Below are positions 1-9,385 of a DNA stretch of 64,000 bases, one piece after another. Source of the DNA: an uncultured virus (IMG/VR IMGVR_UViG_3300020183_006727) (lineage: Duplodnaviria; Heunggongvirae; Uroviricota; Caudoviricetes). The notes under the pieces were generated by a model. It had not been told where the DNA came from. It worked only from the letters and a program-made list of their open reading frames with translations, and ran no database searches. A program made the position numbers and the translations under genes. The stretch lies in the IMG/VR virus record IMGVR_UViG_3300020183_006727, one strand, 5' to 3'. The first letter of the stretch is position 1, and every line of letters begins with the position of its first letter.

Positions 1-2
1 CC

Positions 3-80
3 ACGGAGATGGGTGGCAGTGCTTACCTTGCCACGATGCGCGGGAACACCGAGGCGATCGTCAAGGCGCTTCAGCCGTGA
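3..80 (+). CDS. C-terminal end of a metal ABC transporter substrate-binding protein (ZnuA/TroA-like), partial at window edge
   Basis: Frame 3 reads TEMGGSAYLATMRGNTEAIVKALQP*, resembling the 'Y..MMR.N...I..AL' C-terminal helix of metal-binding SBPs; its stop overlaps the next start (GTGA). Confidence 0.6.
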   Translation, partial: TEMGGSAYLATMRGNTEAIVKALQP

Positions 81-358
81 AGGACACGGCGCTCTCCTAC
101 GGAGGTCGTCATCTGCATGCGCCCGATCCGAGTGCGCCCGCACTCGCGCTCCACAGTGTTGCAGCGGGGCATCCCGGTGCTGCACCGGTCCTGCATGATG
201 TCAACTTTGTATTGCCCGCCGGCAAGCGCTTCGCGCTTGTAGGACCCAATGGTTCAGGCAAGAGCACTCTTCTGAGGACTGTGGCGGGACTTTTGACGGC
301 ACGCGGCGGAGATATCCGCCAAGAAAGCATGCCTGGAGGGAGGCGGTGGATCGGTTGA
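77..358 (+). pseudogene. Truncated ABC transporter ATP-binding subunit (N-terminal third only)
   Basis: VLHDVNF...ALVGPNGSGKSTLLRTVAGLL Walker A; no Q-loop, signature or Walker B; similarity ends at about nt 320. Confidence 0.75.
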
Positions 359-425
359 ATGCCGCCCTGCTGTGTCATGTCAACCACTACCAGCACACCT
401 GGCTGAAGCTAGTTGCGTACCGAGT

Positions 426-458
426 ACCGGCGCGCAGCATTTTGATGACATAAACATG
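426..458 (+). promoter_or_regulatory. First copy of the ACCGGCGCGC-N20-ATG element (other copies start at 3230, 4983, 5479, 6312, 6876, 8380, 9356, 9911, 10673, 11383, 12488, 13023, 13659; off-register copies at 2448, 4245)
   Basis: Conserved 10-12-mer beginning exactly 30 nt before an in-frame ATG in 14 cases, counted by hand. Confidence 0.85.
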
Positions 459-638
459 AAACAGAACATCAACAATCAGGAAACGGCTGACGAGCGTTTC
501 CGCAAGATGGTAGAGGACGATCTCCGCATGGTGATGGATATGCGTCGTCTACTGGATCGTGTGTTCGGTACGATCACCAACCCTACGACCTCGACCAACA
601 AAGACATCAATACCGAGGTCAGAGTGTCTGAACGATGA
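456..638 (+). CDS. Hypothetical protein
   Basis: ATG at motif+30; overlaps the next ORF (ATGA). Confidence 0.65.
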   Translation: MKQNINNQETADERFRKMVEDDLRMVMDMRRLLDRVFGTITNPTTSTNKDINTEVRVSER

Positions 639-841
639 TAGCAGGATTCGGCATGAAGATCAGAAACATGATGATCGTTACGGGCGCAATAATCGCCTGC
701 CTACTAATCTCGTTTCTCCTCAATGTTGTGTTCCTGTGGGTGTGCGCCATGACTGTGCAGAGTTTCGGGATTATCGTCCCTGCCGCTAGTGTCGCCATTG
801 TTACCACGGTGATAGTCTTTTTCAGGATTTGGAGGTTTTGA
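635..841 (+). CDS. Small membrane protein (2 TM)
   Basis: Two hydrophobic stretches; coupled to neighbouring ORFs. Confidence 0.6.
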   Translation: MIAGFGMKIRNMMIVTGAIIACLLISFLLNVVFLWVCAMTVQSFGIIVPAASVAIVTTVIVFFRIWRF

Positions 842-1356
842 TGGCTATTTCTAACACCTACACGCCGAAGCAACTCGAAGATGTCCGCAAGAAGATGCAC
901 TCATCTCGCAGCAGGCTCAAGACAATGCTGTGCCACATCCCAGGTGGATGGATTCCTTCAACCCGTCTTGACGAGAACCTTCACACAAAAGTCGCCAACG
1001 GTCGTTGGGAGCGCATCCCCCATTGTAGGGTTCGTATCCTCCGTTCTGTGGTGCGTGACGGCAAGAAATCATGTCCAGTCTATGTGGAGTGGATATTCCC
1101 CGTGGGCAAGGTTCCTACGGTGGATGATTTTACGAAGATTGGTCGCCGATCATTGCGCTATTGGCGCGATGGTCTTGATGAGGAATCTCTTGCAAATGAC
1201 ATCCTGGATATACAGGCTGCATCCGTCGAACTCCCCAAAATCATTGAGATATTGCCGAACATCGCCCGTCTGTGCCACCCCGATCCTCTTGTGAACTTGC
1301 TGGGCGAGGGTGGGTGGAAAGAAGCCCGTAAGGGTATCCGAAAGAAAAAGCAATAG
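841..1356 (+). CDS. Hypothetical protein
   Basis: ORF with GGAGG upstream of ATG 841. Confidence 0.65.
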   Translation: MAISNTYTPKQLEDVRKKMHSSRSRLKTMLCHIPGGWIPSTRLDENLHTKVANGRWERIPHCRVRILRSVVRDGKKSCPVYVEWIFPVGKVPTVDDFTKIGRRSLRYWRDGLDEESLANDILDIQAASVELPKIIEILPNIARLCHPDPLVNLLGEGGWKEARKGIRKKKQ

Positions 1357-1428
1357 TGGAAAAAAGATTCAAGAAATCCCAGTGAAGCGGTTTCTTGGGT
1401 CGTATTCTTGTCCAATCAGGAGACAAAG

Positions 1429-1767
1429 ATGACGATTGATGAGTGGATTGCAGAGTACAGGCCGATGCCCCACCCCCTCGGTGAGGAGCATGGTTTCGAT
1501 GTTGACGGAAAGGCTTGTCTCATAGAGGCTTATGAGACTAAAGCCCTCGAAAGAGTCCCTCACAGGCAACTTTGGGCGCTCGTTGAGAACGACGAAGGAG
1601 ACATGGTCATCGTCGCTGGTATGCGCAAGATCAATGTCATCGGCTATCTACAAACCGAAGAATCTTGGGAAGTCGGGGATGAGATGACAGAACCCGAAGC
1701 CCTCCATGAAGATAGTGAACCTAATCATGAAGATTGGGAAGTGGAATGTCAGGATGATGAAAGTTGA
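1429..1767 (+). CDS. Hypothetical phage protein, probable paralog of 9016-9303
   Basis: AGGAG RBS; shares T-I/F-D-x-W...W(A/T)...G...NVIGY pattern with 9016-9303. Confidence 0.7.
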   Translation: MTIDEWIAEYRPMPHPLGEEHGFDVDGKACLIEAYETKALERVPHRQLWALVENDEGDMVIVAGMRKINVIGYLQTEESWEVGDEMTEPEALHEDSEPNHEDWEVECQDDES

Positions 1768-1795
1768 AAATCAACAGATAAAGAAAGGCAAAGAA

Positions 1796-2026
1796 ATGTC
1801 AGTTCGCACAGTTGCAGACCTCAAGTTGGGAACACGCCCACGTAATGTCCTCACCCGTATGTTCGGTGAGCTTGAGCAAGTCGAGATAAGTGTCCTCACC
1901 GCCATGTCTCGTTTGGAACTCCTTGACCAGAGGTCGATGGGTAAGACGAGCCTTCATGAGATCGAGGAGCGTCTTGGGCAGTATGGCCTCCGCCTCCGTG
2001 ATGTAAGTCATAGTAGCAATGTCTGA
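1796..2026 (+). CDS. Stand-alone RNA polymerase alpha-subunit C-terminal domain (alphaCTD)-like protein
   Basis: VADLKLGTRPRNVL...LTAMSRLELLDQRSMGKTSLHEIEERLGQYGLRL fits the alphaCTD pattern (L.L..R..N.L ... ELL...n.G.kSl.EI...L...GL.L). Confidence 0.75.
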   Translation: MSVRTVADLKLGTRPRNVLTRMFGELEQVEISVLTAMSRLELLDQRSMGKTSLHEIEERLGQYGLRLRDVSHSSNV

Positions 2027-2100
2027 TTGCAGAATGTGTTGGGGCTTCGAGGTACAGTCTGTGCCTTGAGTTCCCCCACGCACCGCATCTATGTCCAGGC

Positions 2101-2442
2101 ATGAGTACTAGTATCACAATATCGGCAGAAATATATTCGGATGACGGCAGGTCAGGGGCTCAGTTTGATGCGTTGCCGTGGTTTGAGATGGCCACCGAAG
2201 CATCTGTGAAGGAGTTGGCGGACTGCGGTTGGTGTTGCTGTCGTGCGGCAGACAGGGTTGCGCGCGACCATCCCGACCCGAGGCGTGAAATAGCCACGGT
2301 GCTTGACTACATAGAAACCATAAATAACAGCGGACACGCGAAGATCGGCTATGAGGTTTCAGTCGATTATTCCGCTGCCGTGCAATGGCTCAAGCAGAAC
2401 CGTCCAGAGTGGTCCTGGATCGACGAGTTGGAGCAGGCATAG
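2101..2442 (+). CDS. Hypothetical protein
   Basis: 113-aa ORF in the co-oriented array. Confidence 0.7.
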   Translation: MSTSITISAEIYSDDGRSGAQFDALPWFEMATEASVKELADCGWCCCRAADRVARDHPDPRREIATVLDYIETINNSGHAKIGYEVSVDYSAAVQWLKQNRPEWSWIDELEQA

Positions 2443-2491
2443 GATCAACCGGCGCGCAGGGTTTGACGCACCAATTTGGGGGGAAAGAATC

Positions 2492-2863
2492 ATGCCTAAA
2501 GACCATTCAGGTAGACATGTTTCTGAAGTGCGTAGGCTCCTCATCAAGCATGCGGAGAGCCGTTTGCTGCCACTCGGATGGAAAATCAACGCCAGGAGCA
2601 TGAACGCTTCCTTTGATCTTGGGCCACGGCGGCTGATAATCAAGTTCAAGGCGTGGACCACCACCATGACACCAGATATCTCCAAGAGTCGTACCATCAA
2701 GACCGAAGAACTGAAGACCCTGTCTTATCTTCATTCAGAGGCGTTCAGAACCCACCCAATGGCCATGGAGGTGGTTCAAGAACTTCACAAACTGCTGTAT
2801 CTTGACCATTTAGGAGCAATGGTTATCATGGCGGATATGGGAGGAGATAGAGTCAATGCCTGA
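2492..2863 (+). CDS. Hypothetical protein
   Basis: ORF after the motif at 2448. Confidence 0.6.
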   Translation: MPKDHSGRHVSEVRRLLIKHAESRLLPLGWKINARSMNASFDLGPRRLIIKFKAWTTTMTPDISKSRTIKTEELKTLSYLHSEAFRTHPMAMEVVQELHKLLYLDHLGAMVIMADMGGDRVNA

Positions 2864-3246
2864 TGGATCATAAAAGCAAATCTTCTGAACTCCATATACA
2901 GTTGGGCTTTAGTCTCTCTTCTACTTCGCCCGGCACGGTTTCGTGGCTGCTCCGTGGCAACGGATTCAGCGTGAGGTTGCCAGTGGATGGTTGGAAGCAG
3001 TCACTCTGGAGTTCTTTCAGTAACTGGTTCGACTCACATTGTGTGAGTATCGAATATCCCTTGCGCACCGAGATCCATTTCTGCGACCAGAAAATGAGCT
3101 TCTTGGTGCGTGGCGACGAAGACCTGGAGAACCTATGCCGATTCCTGAAAGATCCAATGCTGCTCATGTCGGAAGTTGATGACGAAGAAGGGACGACTGC
3201 CAGCCGGCTGCTGGCTGCCCTGAACAAGCACCGGCGCGCAGAATAG
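2863..3246 (+). CDS. Hypothetical protein
   Basis: Coupled to the previous ORF (TGATG). Confidence 0.6.
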   Translation: MDHKSKSSELHIQLGFSLSSTSPGTVSWLLRGNGFSVRLPVDGWKQSLWSSFSNWFDSHCVSIEYPLRTEIHFCDQKMSFLVRGDEDLENLCRFLKDPMLLMSEVDDEEGTTASRLLAALNKHRRAE

Positions 3247-3259
3247 GAGACACATAGAC

Positions 3260-3784
3260 ATGAGTACCACATTTGATGTTGACGAGTTCACCCGCAAGCG
3301 TCGGGAAGAGTTCGAGCGGATCGCCGATATTGTCGGAGACATCTCGCTCTCTTCATTCAAGCACTACAGTCGCATGTCGGAAGAGACTTACTGCTTCAAC
3401 ACCAAGGTCAGATACAAGGGCAAACTGATCGGGGATGCAAGCAATCGTGGCTGTGGAGGGATGACCGACTTCTACAACAAGGCGGGGGTTCAGGTTGATC
3501 TGTACGACCGTCTGAAGGATTCATGCACCGAACTTCGCATGGACGACATCATCGACCACCTCGTCAATGAGGAGATTGAGCGTAAAGAAAACGCCAAGAT
3601 GGAGCGTAGTTTCAACAAAATTGCAGTCACCGCACACGAGATCGGAATCACCGTCTTTTGGAGATCCAACGCAGATGGCAGCCGTGAGGAGATCACCTCT
3701 ATCAATACGAGGGATCAAGCGAGGGTTGACAAGGCTGTTGCTGATATGATTCAGCATGGTTGGCACATCATCCGTAAGGCATAA
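3260..3784 (+). CDS. Hypothetical phage protein
   Basis: ATG at motif+30; AGGAG; 'ASNRGCGG' motif. Confidence 0.75.
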   Translation: MSTTFDVDEFTRKRREEFERIADIVGDISLSSFKHYSRMSEETYCFNTKVRYKGKLIGDASNRGCGGMTDFYNKAGVQVDLYDRLKDSCTELRMDDIIDHLVNEEIERKENAKMERSFNKIAVTAHEIGITVFWRSNADGSREEITSINTRDQARVDKAVADMIQHGWHIIRKA

Positions 3785-3793
3785 GCACATCGC

Positions 3794-4276
3794 ATGGCAG
3801 GTCTGCCCCTCCAGCGTCTCGGAACGGGGCAGACCTCCATGCGAAAAAACACCATGTTTACATTCACCACATCCAAAGGGAAAAAGCTTCAGGAATCGGA
3901 CATCCTCAATGTCCTCAATGACGGCGCGCATGAACTTCATGCGACAGAGCTTGGGGTGAGGAAGATTTCACGACAAGTTGCGGAGATGATTGAACGGTCG
4001 CGGCTTGAGGAGGCGGGCGTACAGGGCAAGATCTTTCATGTTGCCACCTATCTTGGCGGTAACCGTGACATCCGAATCACCGCAGACGGCGGAGACCACT
4101 TTTGGGTGCGTTGGGATGACGAATCAGACACCTACATGGCCATGTCCACCCCTAGGTTCATCCCCGCCTACCCAGACCCGTCACGCATCCCGCCTGTTGA
4201 CGGCAGGGAGAACTTCCTGGCGGCGGAGGGATCGGGGAGCATTCACCGGCGCGCAGCTGATGGGGAGCAGGGGTGA
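3794..4276 (+). CDS. Hypothetical protein (start uncertain)
   Basis: ORF filling the gap in the array. Confidence 0.55.
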   Translation: MAGLPLQRLGTGQTSMRKNTMFTFTTSKGKKLQESDILNVLNDGAHELHATELGVRKISRQVAEMIERSRLEEAGVQGKIFHVATYLGGNRDIRITADGGDHFWVRWDDESDTYMAMSTPRFIPAYPDPSRIPPVDGRENFLAAEGSGSIHRRAADGEQG

Positions 4277-4277
4277 G

Positions 4278-4859
4278 ATGAACACCTACGCCACACGTGC
4301 CGATGCAAGTCCGACCTACTTCACAGTCGTTCGTGAACTACGCAGGACTACTGCTGCACTGGAATGGGCACACGCCCGTCTCCGTCAGTGTGGGGTAGAA
4401 TGGAACAGGCAGGTGGAGGAAATGGAACAGGCAGGACTGAAACTGCCTGACTGCACGGTGCGGTCCTACCACGGGTGTGTGAACAGACCGATACTGCCTG
4501 ACTGCACGGTGCGATGTGAAAATGATGAAGATCCGCACCGGATCGATCCGTCGCACTGCTTGAGGACGGCACTCAGGGCCGCATCTGCCCTCTGCCTTGG
4601 TTCCCTGGCTCTCCTAGCCCACCGCAGCCTCCTTGCAGGAGACAGAGAGACTGTCAAAAGGTGTGAAACCCTCGCTTTCTGCCTGTCGGGCAGCCACCTG
4701 TCAGCCGATAAAATCGCCGAATCGTGGGATCAGGTCAAGATGGGGATCAACAAGGACGAGAAACCCGAGTTCCACAGCGAAATCGTCTGTGGGATAGTCG
4801 AGACTGCGGTCGATGAGGCAGTCATCAACCTCGTAAGATTGATTGCGGGCAACGCCTGA
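4278..4859 (+). CDS. Hypothetical protein with internal LPDCTVR duplication
   Basis: ATG 33 nt after the motif at 4245; followed by a terminator. Confidence 0.6.
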   Translation: MNTYATRADASPTYFTVVRELRRTTAALEWAHARLRQCGVEWNRQVEEMEQAGLKLPDCTVRSYHGCVNRPILPDCTVRCENDEDPHRIDPSHCLRTALRAASALCLGSLALLAHRSLLAGDRETVKRCETLAFCLSGSHLSADKIAESWDQVKMGINKDEKPEFHSEIVCGIVETAVDEAVINLVRLIAGNA

Positions 4860-4884
4860 ACCTGTAATACGAACCCCCGGAATG

Positions 4885-4927
4885 GACCCAGTGTAGAGTG
4901 CAGACTCCACTGGGTCTTTTGTTTTTT
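4885..4927 (+). terminator. Intrinsic terminator
   Basis: GACCCAGTG..GAGT-loop-ACTC-CACTGGGTC stem followed by TTTTGTTTTTT. Confidence 0.75.
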
Positions 4928-5012
4928 GTGCCAGAATGACCTCCTGATAAACTTCGAGTCCGGCTCGTTCGACGAAGTGTGAACCGGCGCGCAGAATGTT
5001 GAGAACATAGAC

Positions 5013-5477
5013 ATGAACCAAGAAGCAGGCGACCATCCTGGTGGTGGTGGTGGTCAAAACACTATCGACACCATCGTCCATACATCACAGGACTCCCGCA
5101 TCATCGACGCAGCCAGGGCGGCATCTATGCTCCTGTCCCAGCGTGAGACGGAGTTCACCGACCCCTACACCTGTCACGACCCCATTTTTGTGACGATCAT
5201 CCACGACCTGCTGATCCTTGCGACCATGATGGGGGTGGACGCAGATGAGATCATGAAAACAAGCATGAAGTGGTATCAGGACACCATGAAGGACGTGTGG
5301 GAGGATGAGATCACCGAGACATGGGCGGAACGCCGCCGCAAGTGGGCGGTCGAGGCCGCATCAGATTTCCACAGTCTCTACCACGACACAAAGGACCCCC
5401 TGCACCTGATGGCCTGCTTCGAACGGCTGGCCAACCGCGAGAAGAAAAACACGACGCTCGAGAAGACCCCAGTGTGA
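5013..5477 (+). CDS. Hypothetical protein
   Basis: ATG at motif+30. Confidence 0.7.
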   Translation: MNQEAGDHPGGGGGQNTIDTIVHTSQDSRIIDAARAASMLLSQRETEFTDPYTCHDPIFVTIIHDLLILATMMGVDADEIMKTSMKWYQDTMKDVWEDEITETWAERRRKWAVEAASDFHSLYHDTKDPLHLMACFERLANREKKNTTLEKTPV

Positions 5478-5508
5478 CACCGGCGCGCAGACGACAGAGG
5501 ATATGGAC

Positions 5509-5808
5509 ATGGCAAACAACAGCCATCTCAAGTTCGTCAAGTCGGGCGAGGTCTCCGTCGATTCGGGGCAGATCCTCCTGATCGACCCCTCCTACATCAC
5601 AGAATCGTTCCCCAACGGGGTTGGGTACCGTGCCCTCAACTTCAATCATGTGTGTCGTGTCACCCTCCGCGATTCAGGCTGTGGTGGGGTGGCGGGGCTT
5701 GGTTTCGCTACTTCGTCGGGTTACGGTGATGGGGTCTACCCCGTCTATGTTGCCCGTAGTGGGGGGCGCATCGCTTCCATTCGCATCGACTTCATCACGG
5801 AGGAATGA
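5509..5808 (+). CDS. DUF4241-like protein
   Basis: VDSGQ..DP.Y and SSGYGDGVYPVY motifs; ATG at motif+30. Confidence 0.6.
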   Translation: MANNSHLKFVKSGEVSVDSGQILLIDPSYITESFPNGVGYRALNFNHVCRVTLRDSGCGGVAGLGFATSSGYGDGVYPVYVARSGGRIASIRIDFITEE

Positions 5809-6242
5809 CCATGAGCAACAGACATGACAGCGAGGAAGATGATGCGTTGCTTGTCTACGACGACAATGCGAAGATCGAGAAGTATGGGTTCGTCATCCAC
5901 TATGTCCCCAATGACGACTTCGACCACTCGCCAACGGGCGTGAACATCCACACCCACGGGCTTCGCAACATCAACAACCATCCAGATTTTCAGATCACAA
6001 TTCCTCTACCGATGCATATCGCAAGCAGAATCATGCACCGTCTTTACGAACTTGTGGAAGGCGGCGAGGTGTTCTGTGCGGGTGGAGAATCTGACAAGGT
6101 TCTCGAAGGAAACATGAAAGTTGGGTTCATCGAGGTTCAAGAGTGTGGTCGCACCGTACTGCGTGTCATCATTCCCGACCAAGATGGGAACCACAAACGA
6201 TCCACCATGAACCGCCAATGGCGCATTGCGCAGTTTGGATGA
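5805..6242 (+). CDS. DUF4262-like hypothetical protein
   Basis: IEKYG...V...HTHGL....HPD pattern. Confidence 0.55.
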   Translation: MTMSNRHDSEEDDALLVYDDNAKIEKYGFVIHYVPNDDFDHSPTGVNIHTHGLRNINNHPDFQITIPLPMHIASRIMHRLYELVEGGEVFCAGGESDKVLEGNMKVGFIEVQECGRTVLRVIIPDQDGNHKRSTMNRQWRIAQFG

Positions 6243-6341
6243 CAGCGCACAGCCACCGCTCCGCATCGCCTGACCGACAACCACCCACCGAGGCGTCACC
6301 TGCGGACACATACCGGCGCACAGAATCTTGAGGGCATGAAC

Positions 6342-6803
6342 ATGAAGAAGAAGATGGTTCTCATCGGCACGGATTGCACGGTCAATGTCGTGAATAACGA
6401 CGGTTATGACTCGCTCGTCGCGCACATCGGCGGATACATCGAAGCCGTGCAGATGGACGAACGCCATCTTGCCTACATCGATGAGGAGGGCAAGCTGAAG
6501 AGGCTGCCCCCCAATCCCGTCGCCACCCTCATGTGGCGCATCTGGCATCCCCATGTGACGGACATCCTCTGCGGCCCATGCCTCATCGTTGGCAGGGTTG
6601 ATCCCAAGACAGGGGAGGTTGATGGGGAGGATCACGAACACGACCAGACCATTCTGACCCTTGCCAGGAGCATCGCATCACAGATGCGGATGCGGGTGGA
6701 TGGGCAGGACACCTGCGTGGCCTGTAACAGGGGCATCGACGGGGCAGGGGTGCGCTCTGCGGTTGGAACCCTCGGCGTTATCCTCTGCGAGGATTGTGCG
6801 TAA
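6342..6803 (+). CDS. DUF3846-like protein with C-terminal CxxC...CxxC
   Basis: IGGYIE...DEEGKLKRLPPN..AT...D.L.GP; ATG at motif+30. Confidence 0.7.
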   Translation: MKKKMVLIGTDCTVNVVNNDGYDSLVAHIGGYIEAVQMDERHLAYIDEEGKLKRLPPNPVATLMWRIWHPHVTDILCGPCLIVGRVDPKTGEVDGEDHEHDQTILTLARSIASQMRMRVDGQDTCVACNRGIDGAGVRSAVGTLGVILCEDCA

Positions 6804-6905
6804 AAGACCTCGACGAAGACAATTCGACTTGAAAACCTCTCCGCCGAAGGTCACACCGGCGCCGCCGGAGGTCACACCGGCGCGCAGCACCGCGACCACA
6901 TAGGC

Positions 6906-7385
6906 ATGGGACAATACCACTACATCACCAACCTCACCAAGCGTCAATACATCAATCCGCACCAGATCGGCTCTGGTCTCAAGATCATGGAACAGGTCGG
7001 GTGGGAGGCTTCCCCCTCCACCGCCCTCTTCCTCCTCCTCGCCTGTTCCAACGGGCGCGGAGGCGGGGATGCGGGACACCACCCACTTGTCGGTCACTGG
7101 GCTGGCGACCAGATCGCCGTGATTGGTGATTACTCCACCCCAACCGACATCCCTGGACATGATGCGGCCGCCATATACCAGTCCATCATGGGCATGGGGG
7201 ACAGGCTTCTCGACCTGATTCACGGCTCGGAGTGGTGCAACATCTCCCCGCAGGTCCGCGAGATGATGACCGCCGCATTGGGCGCACGGTATTCCCTCAA
7301 TGAGTACCAGCAGGGGAGAGATCTCACCCTCGACACCGCAGGTTGTATTTTCGTTGAGATATCCGCTGGGACCGACCGCGAATAG
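6906..7385 (+). CDS. Conserved hypothetical phage protein
   Basis: MGQYH...NL.K...GLK..E ... G.WAGD.I..IGDY; ATG at motif+30. Confidence 0.75.
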   Translation: MGQYHYITNLTKRQYINPHQIGSGLKIMEQVGWEASPSTALFLLLACSNGRGGGDAGHHPLVGHWAGDQIAVIGDYSTPTDIPGHDAAAIYQSIMGMGDRLLDLIHGSEWCNISPQVREMMTAALGARYSLNEYQQGRDLTLDTAGCIFVEISAGTDRE

Positions 7386-7472
7386 TCCACAGTCCACAGA
7401 AAGGTAAACCATGAAACGCAAAATCAAACAAATGACCTATGGCGAATTGCAGCAGTTCGAAGGAGGTGCAGC

Positions 7473-7871
7473 GTGAATCTTCCCTACCCTCTGTATTTCC
7501 TCGTTCCGCATCAAACGCCGCCATCTGTCGTCGTTGATCTGCCCGACGACGCGCACGATTATCATTGCGTCATCAAATGCACAACGACCAAACAATTGCT
7601 GCGGCTCGCGCACCCTCTGCGATACGACGACCAACTGCGTCACCAGGGCGCAGAGATCGCAGTGTTGGCGCGGCGGGAACTGCGATTGCAAGGACGGCAT
7701 CAACCACTGCAATACAAAATCGCAGAAGTTCGCGGCGATACGGGTGATTGGGATGTTGTTGCAGAGTTTGAGGCTCGCAACGATGATGCGGCAAACGAGT
7801 ACGCAGAGGAAAACTACGCACATCTCGATTGGTATGTGCTCGATGAGAACAACATGAATATCAACGGGTGA
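7473..7871 (+). CDS. Hypothetical protein
   Basis: GTG with GGAGG upstream; overlaps a 21-codon ORF at 7411-7476. Confidence 0.55.
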   Translation: MNLPYPLYFLVPHQTPPSVVVDLPDDAHDYHCVIKCTTTKQLLRLAHPLRYDDQLRHQGAEIAVLARRELRLQGRHQPLQYKIAEVRGDTGDWDVVAEFEARNDDAANEYAEENYAHLDWYVLDENNMNING

Positions 7872-7935
7872 CGGCCCCGAGCCCTGCGCCGACTCGCTCG
7901 GCGCATCGCTCGCGGTCGGCAACGTGCCGCCCTCG

Positions 7936-7967
7936 CACAGTCCACAGTCCACAGTCCACAGTCCACA
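7936..7967 (+). repeat. 7-bp tandem repeat (AGTCCAC)x4; two copies also at 7384-7397
   Basis: Direct reading; both runs lie just upstream of an RBS and ATG. Confidence 0.85.
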
Positions 7968-7982
7968 ACAGAAGGGCAAACT

Positions 7983-8147
7983 ATGAGATACCCGCGTTCA
8001 TGCAAGAAGGACAAGCCTGACCTTTCTAGACTCCGTGAGGAGGGTTACAAGATCACCCTTTGGCACGGCGAAGGAGACACCCTGTATATTGCCAGACGCA
8101 GAAGTGGCAAGAACTTGACCACCGTGCCGAAGCCCGTGCGAACCTGA
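7983..8147 (+). CDS. Small hypothetical protein (54 aa)
   Basis: GAAGGG then ATG; translated by hand as MRYPRSCKKDKPDLSRLREEG... Confidence 0.4.
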   Translation: MRYPRSCKKDKPDLSRLREEGYKITLWHGEGDTLYIARRRSGKNLTTVPKPVRT

Positions 8148-8230
8148 TCGCAGGTCAGGTACGGGGGTGGGGCATCTCCATCACATCTGGTGAGGCAGGA
8201 GGGACAACCTGCGACGGGCAACCCGTCTAG
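8126..8230 (+). pseudogene. Remnant 3' half of a paralog of 10703-10912
   Basis: EARANLIAG...ISITSGEAGGTTCDG versus EARANLIAG...ISIISVEAGGCTRDG; no in-frame ATG; same downstream hairpin. Confidence 0.7.
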
Positions 8231-8255
8231 CCATAACCCATGCTGGCATCCCGAC

Positions 8256-8290
8256 ACCGTCGCTCCGAAAGGGGCGGCGGTTGTCGTTTC
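8256..8290 (+). terminator. GC hairpin with GAAA loop and TGTCGTTTC tail (near-identical copy at 10941-10975)
   Basis: ACCGYCGCTCC-GAAA-GGGGCGGCGGT. Confidence 0.65.
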
Positions 8291-8409
8291 TGGGGATATG
8301 AATATATCGTTACCTACAAGTACTGGTAGTATCCGTACCAGTTCGAACACTAATCCCAGTAGCACGGACCAGAGCCTCAACCGGCGCGCAGGGTTTGGAG
8401 GACGCAAGC

Positions 8410-8961
8410 ATGGAAACATCACACACACCATCAATCAGTATCGGAAACATCATCGTTTCGGATGAGGAACTCGCGGAGGCAGGCAAAGCCTTCATCAAGA
8501 GCCTCAACATCCCAGAGGGTCCCCATAACATCGAGATGGACTTCCACATGAAAGCGGAAGTCAACAAGGGGGTCGCATACGAGCAGTCCATGTGGCAGTC
8601 GGCAAAGCCCGAACAACTGCTGCTCCTCGCTGTCGCCATGAGTGGTGCAGTCGGTGATGTCCTCACCAATATCGCCGCACTTGGATACGAGGAATATGTC
8701 TCCCGTGTGAAGGAGATCGAGTCCCGTGCATCCCGTCTATCAGGGAAGAAGGGGGCAGAGGTGCTTGCTGCGGCAGAGGCAGCAGAGGCGAAACATCCCT
8801 CAAAGCGCACCGCCGAGGATGCCGAGCTTGTCCTGTGCCTGAAGGCGTACCGTCAGCAGGGTCGCATCGACTCCGTGATCGAAACACTCCGTCAGTCAAC
8901 CAAGACGCTCAAGTCGGGTCGCACCGATATTCCCGCCATCGCTGTGAAGATGATCCGCTAG
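8410..8961 (+). CDS. Hypothetical protein
   Basis: ATG at motif+30, GGAGG. Confidence 0.75.
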   Translation: METSHTPSISIGNIIVSDEELAEAGKAFIKSLNIPEGPHNIEMDFHMKAEVNKGVAYEQSMWQSAKPEQLLLLAVAMSGAVGDVLTNIAALGYEEYVSRVKEIESRASRLSGKKGAEVLAAAEAAEAKHPSKRTAEDAELVLCLKAYRQQGRIDSVIETLRQSTKTLKSGRTDIPAIAVKMIR

Positions 8962-9015
8962 AGGATCACGCACCGCAACATCACAAACTGCACAATAGCA
9001 ACGGAGAGATGGCAC

Positions 9016-9303
9016 ATGAAAACCATCACTTTCGACAGTTGGATGGACACCTTCAACCCAATCCTTGGCAGAGGACAGGACTGCGGGAGCGTTGATGGCG
9101 TGGGAATCGGCTTCGGCTCCTACTTTTCTGCACGGCAGATGGCGCAGAGACTTGGTCTGCTTGACGGTGAACCGCATATTTGGACGATCCATCACAACGA
9201 TGAGGATGATTGTTGGCTCATCAGCCCAGGCCCTGAGTGCGTCAATGTCATTGGATACGTCGTCACCCGCAAACCGTGTGGGGATTTGATGGTCATTTGG
9301 TAG
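9016..9303 (+). CDS. Hypothetical phage protein, probable paralog of 1429-1767
   Basis: GGAGAG RBS; shared pattern with 1429-1767. Confidence 0.7.
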   Translation: MKTITFDSWMDTFNPILGRGQDCGSVDGVGIGFGSYFSARQMAQRLGLLDGEPHIWTIHHNDEDDCWLISPGPECVNVIGYVVTRKPCGDLMVIW

Positions 9304-9385
9304 CATCCGTACTCATGTCGCACTGCTTCGAGACACGAGGCGCCTGCGGGCACGTACCGGCGCGCCGAGTCTGGAGGATATGAGC

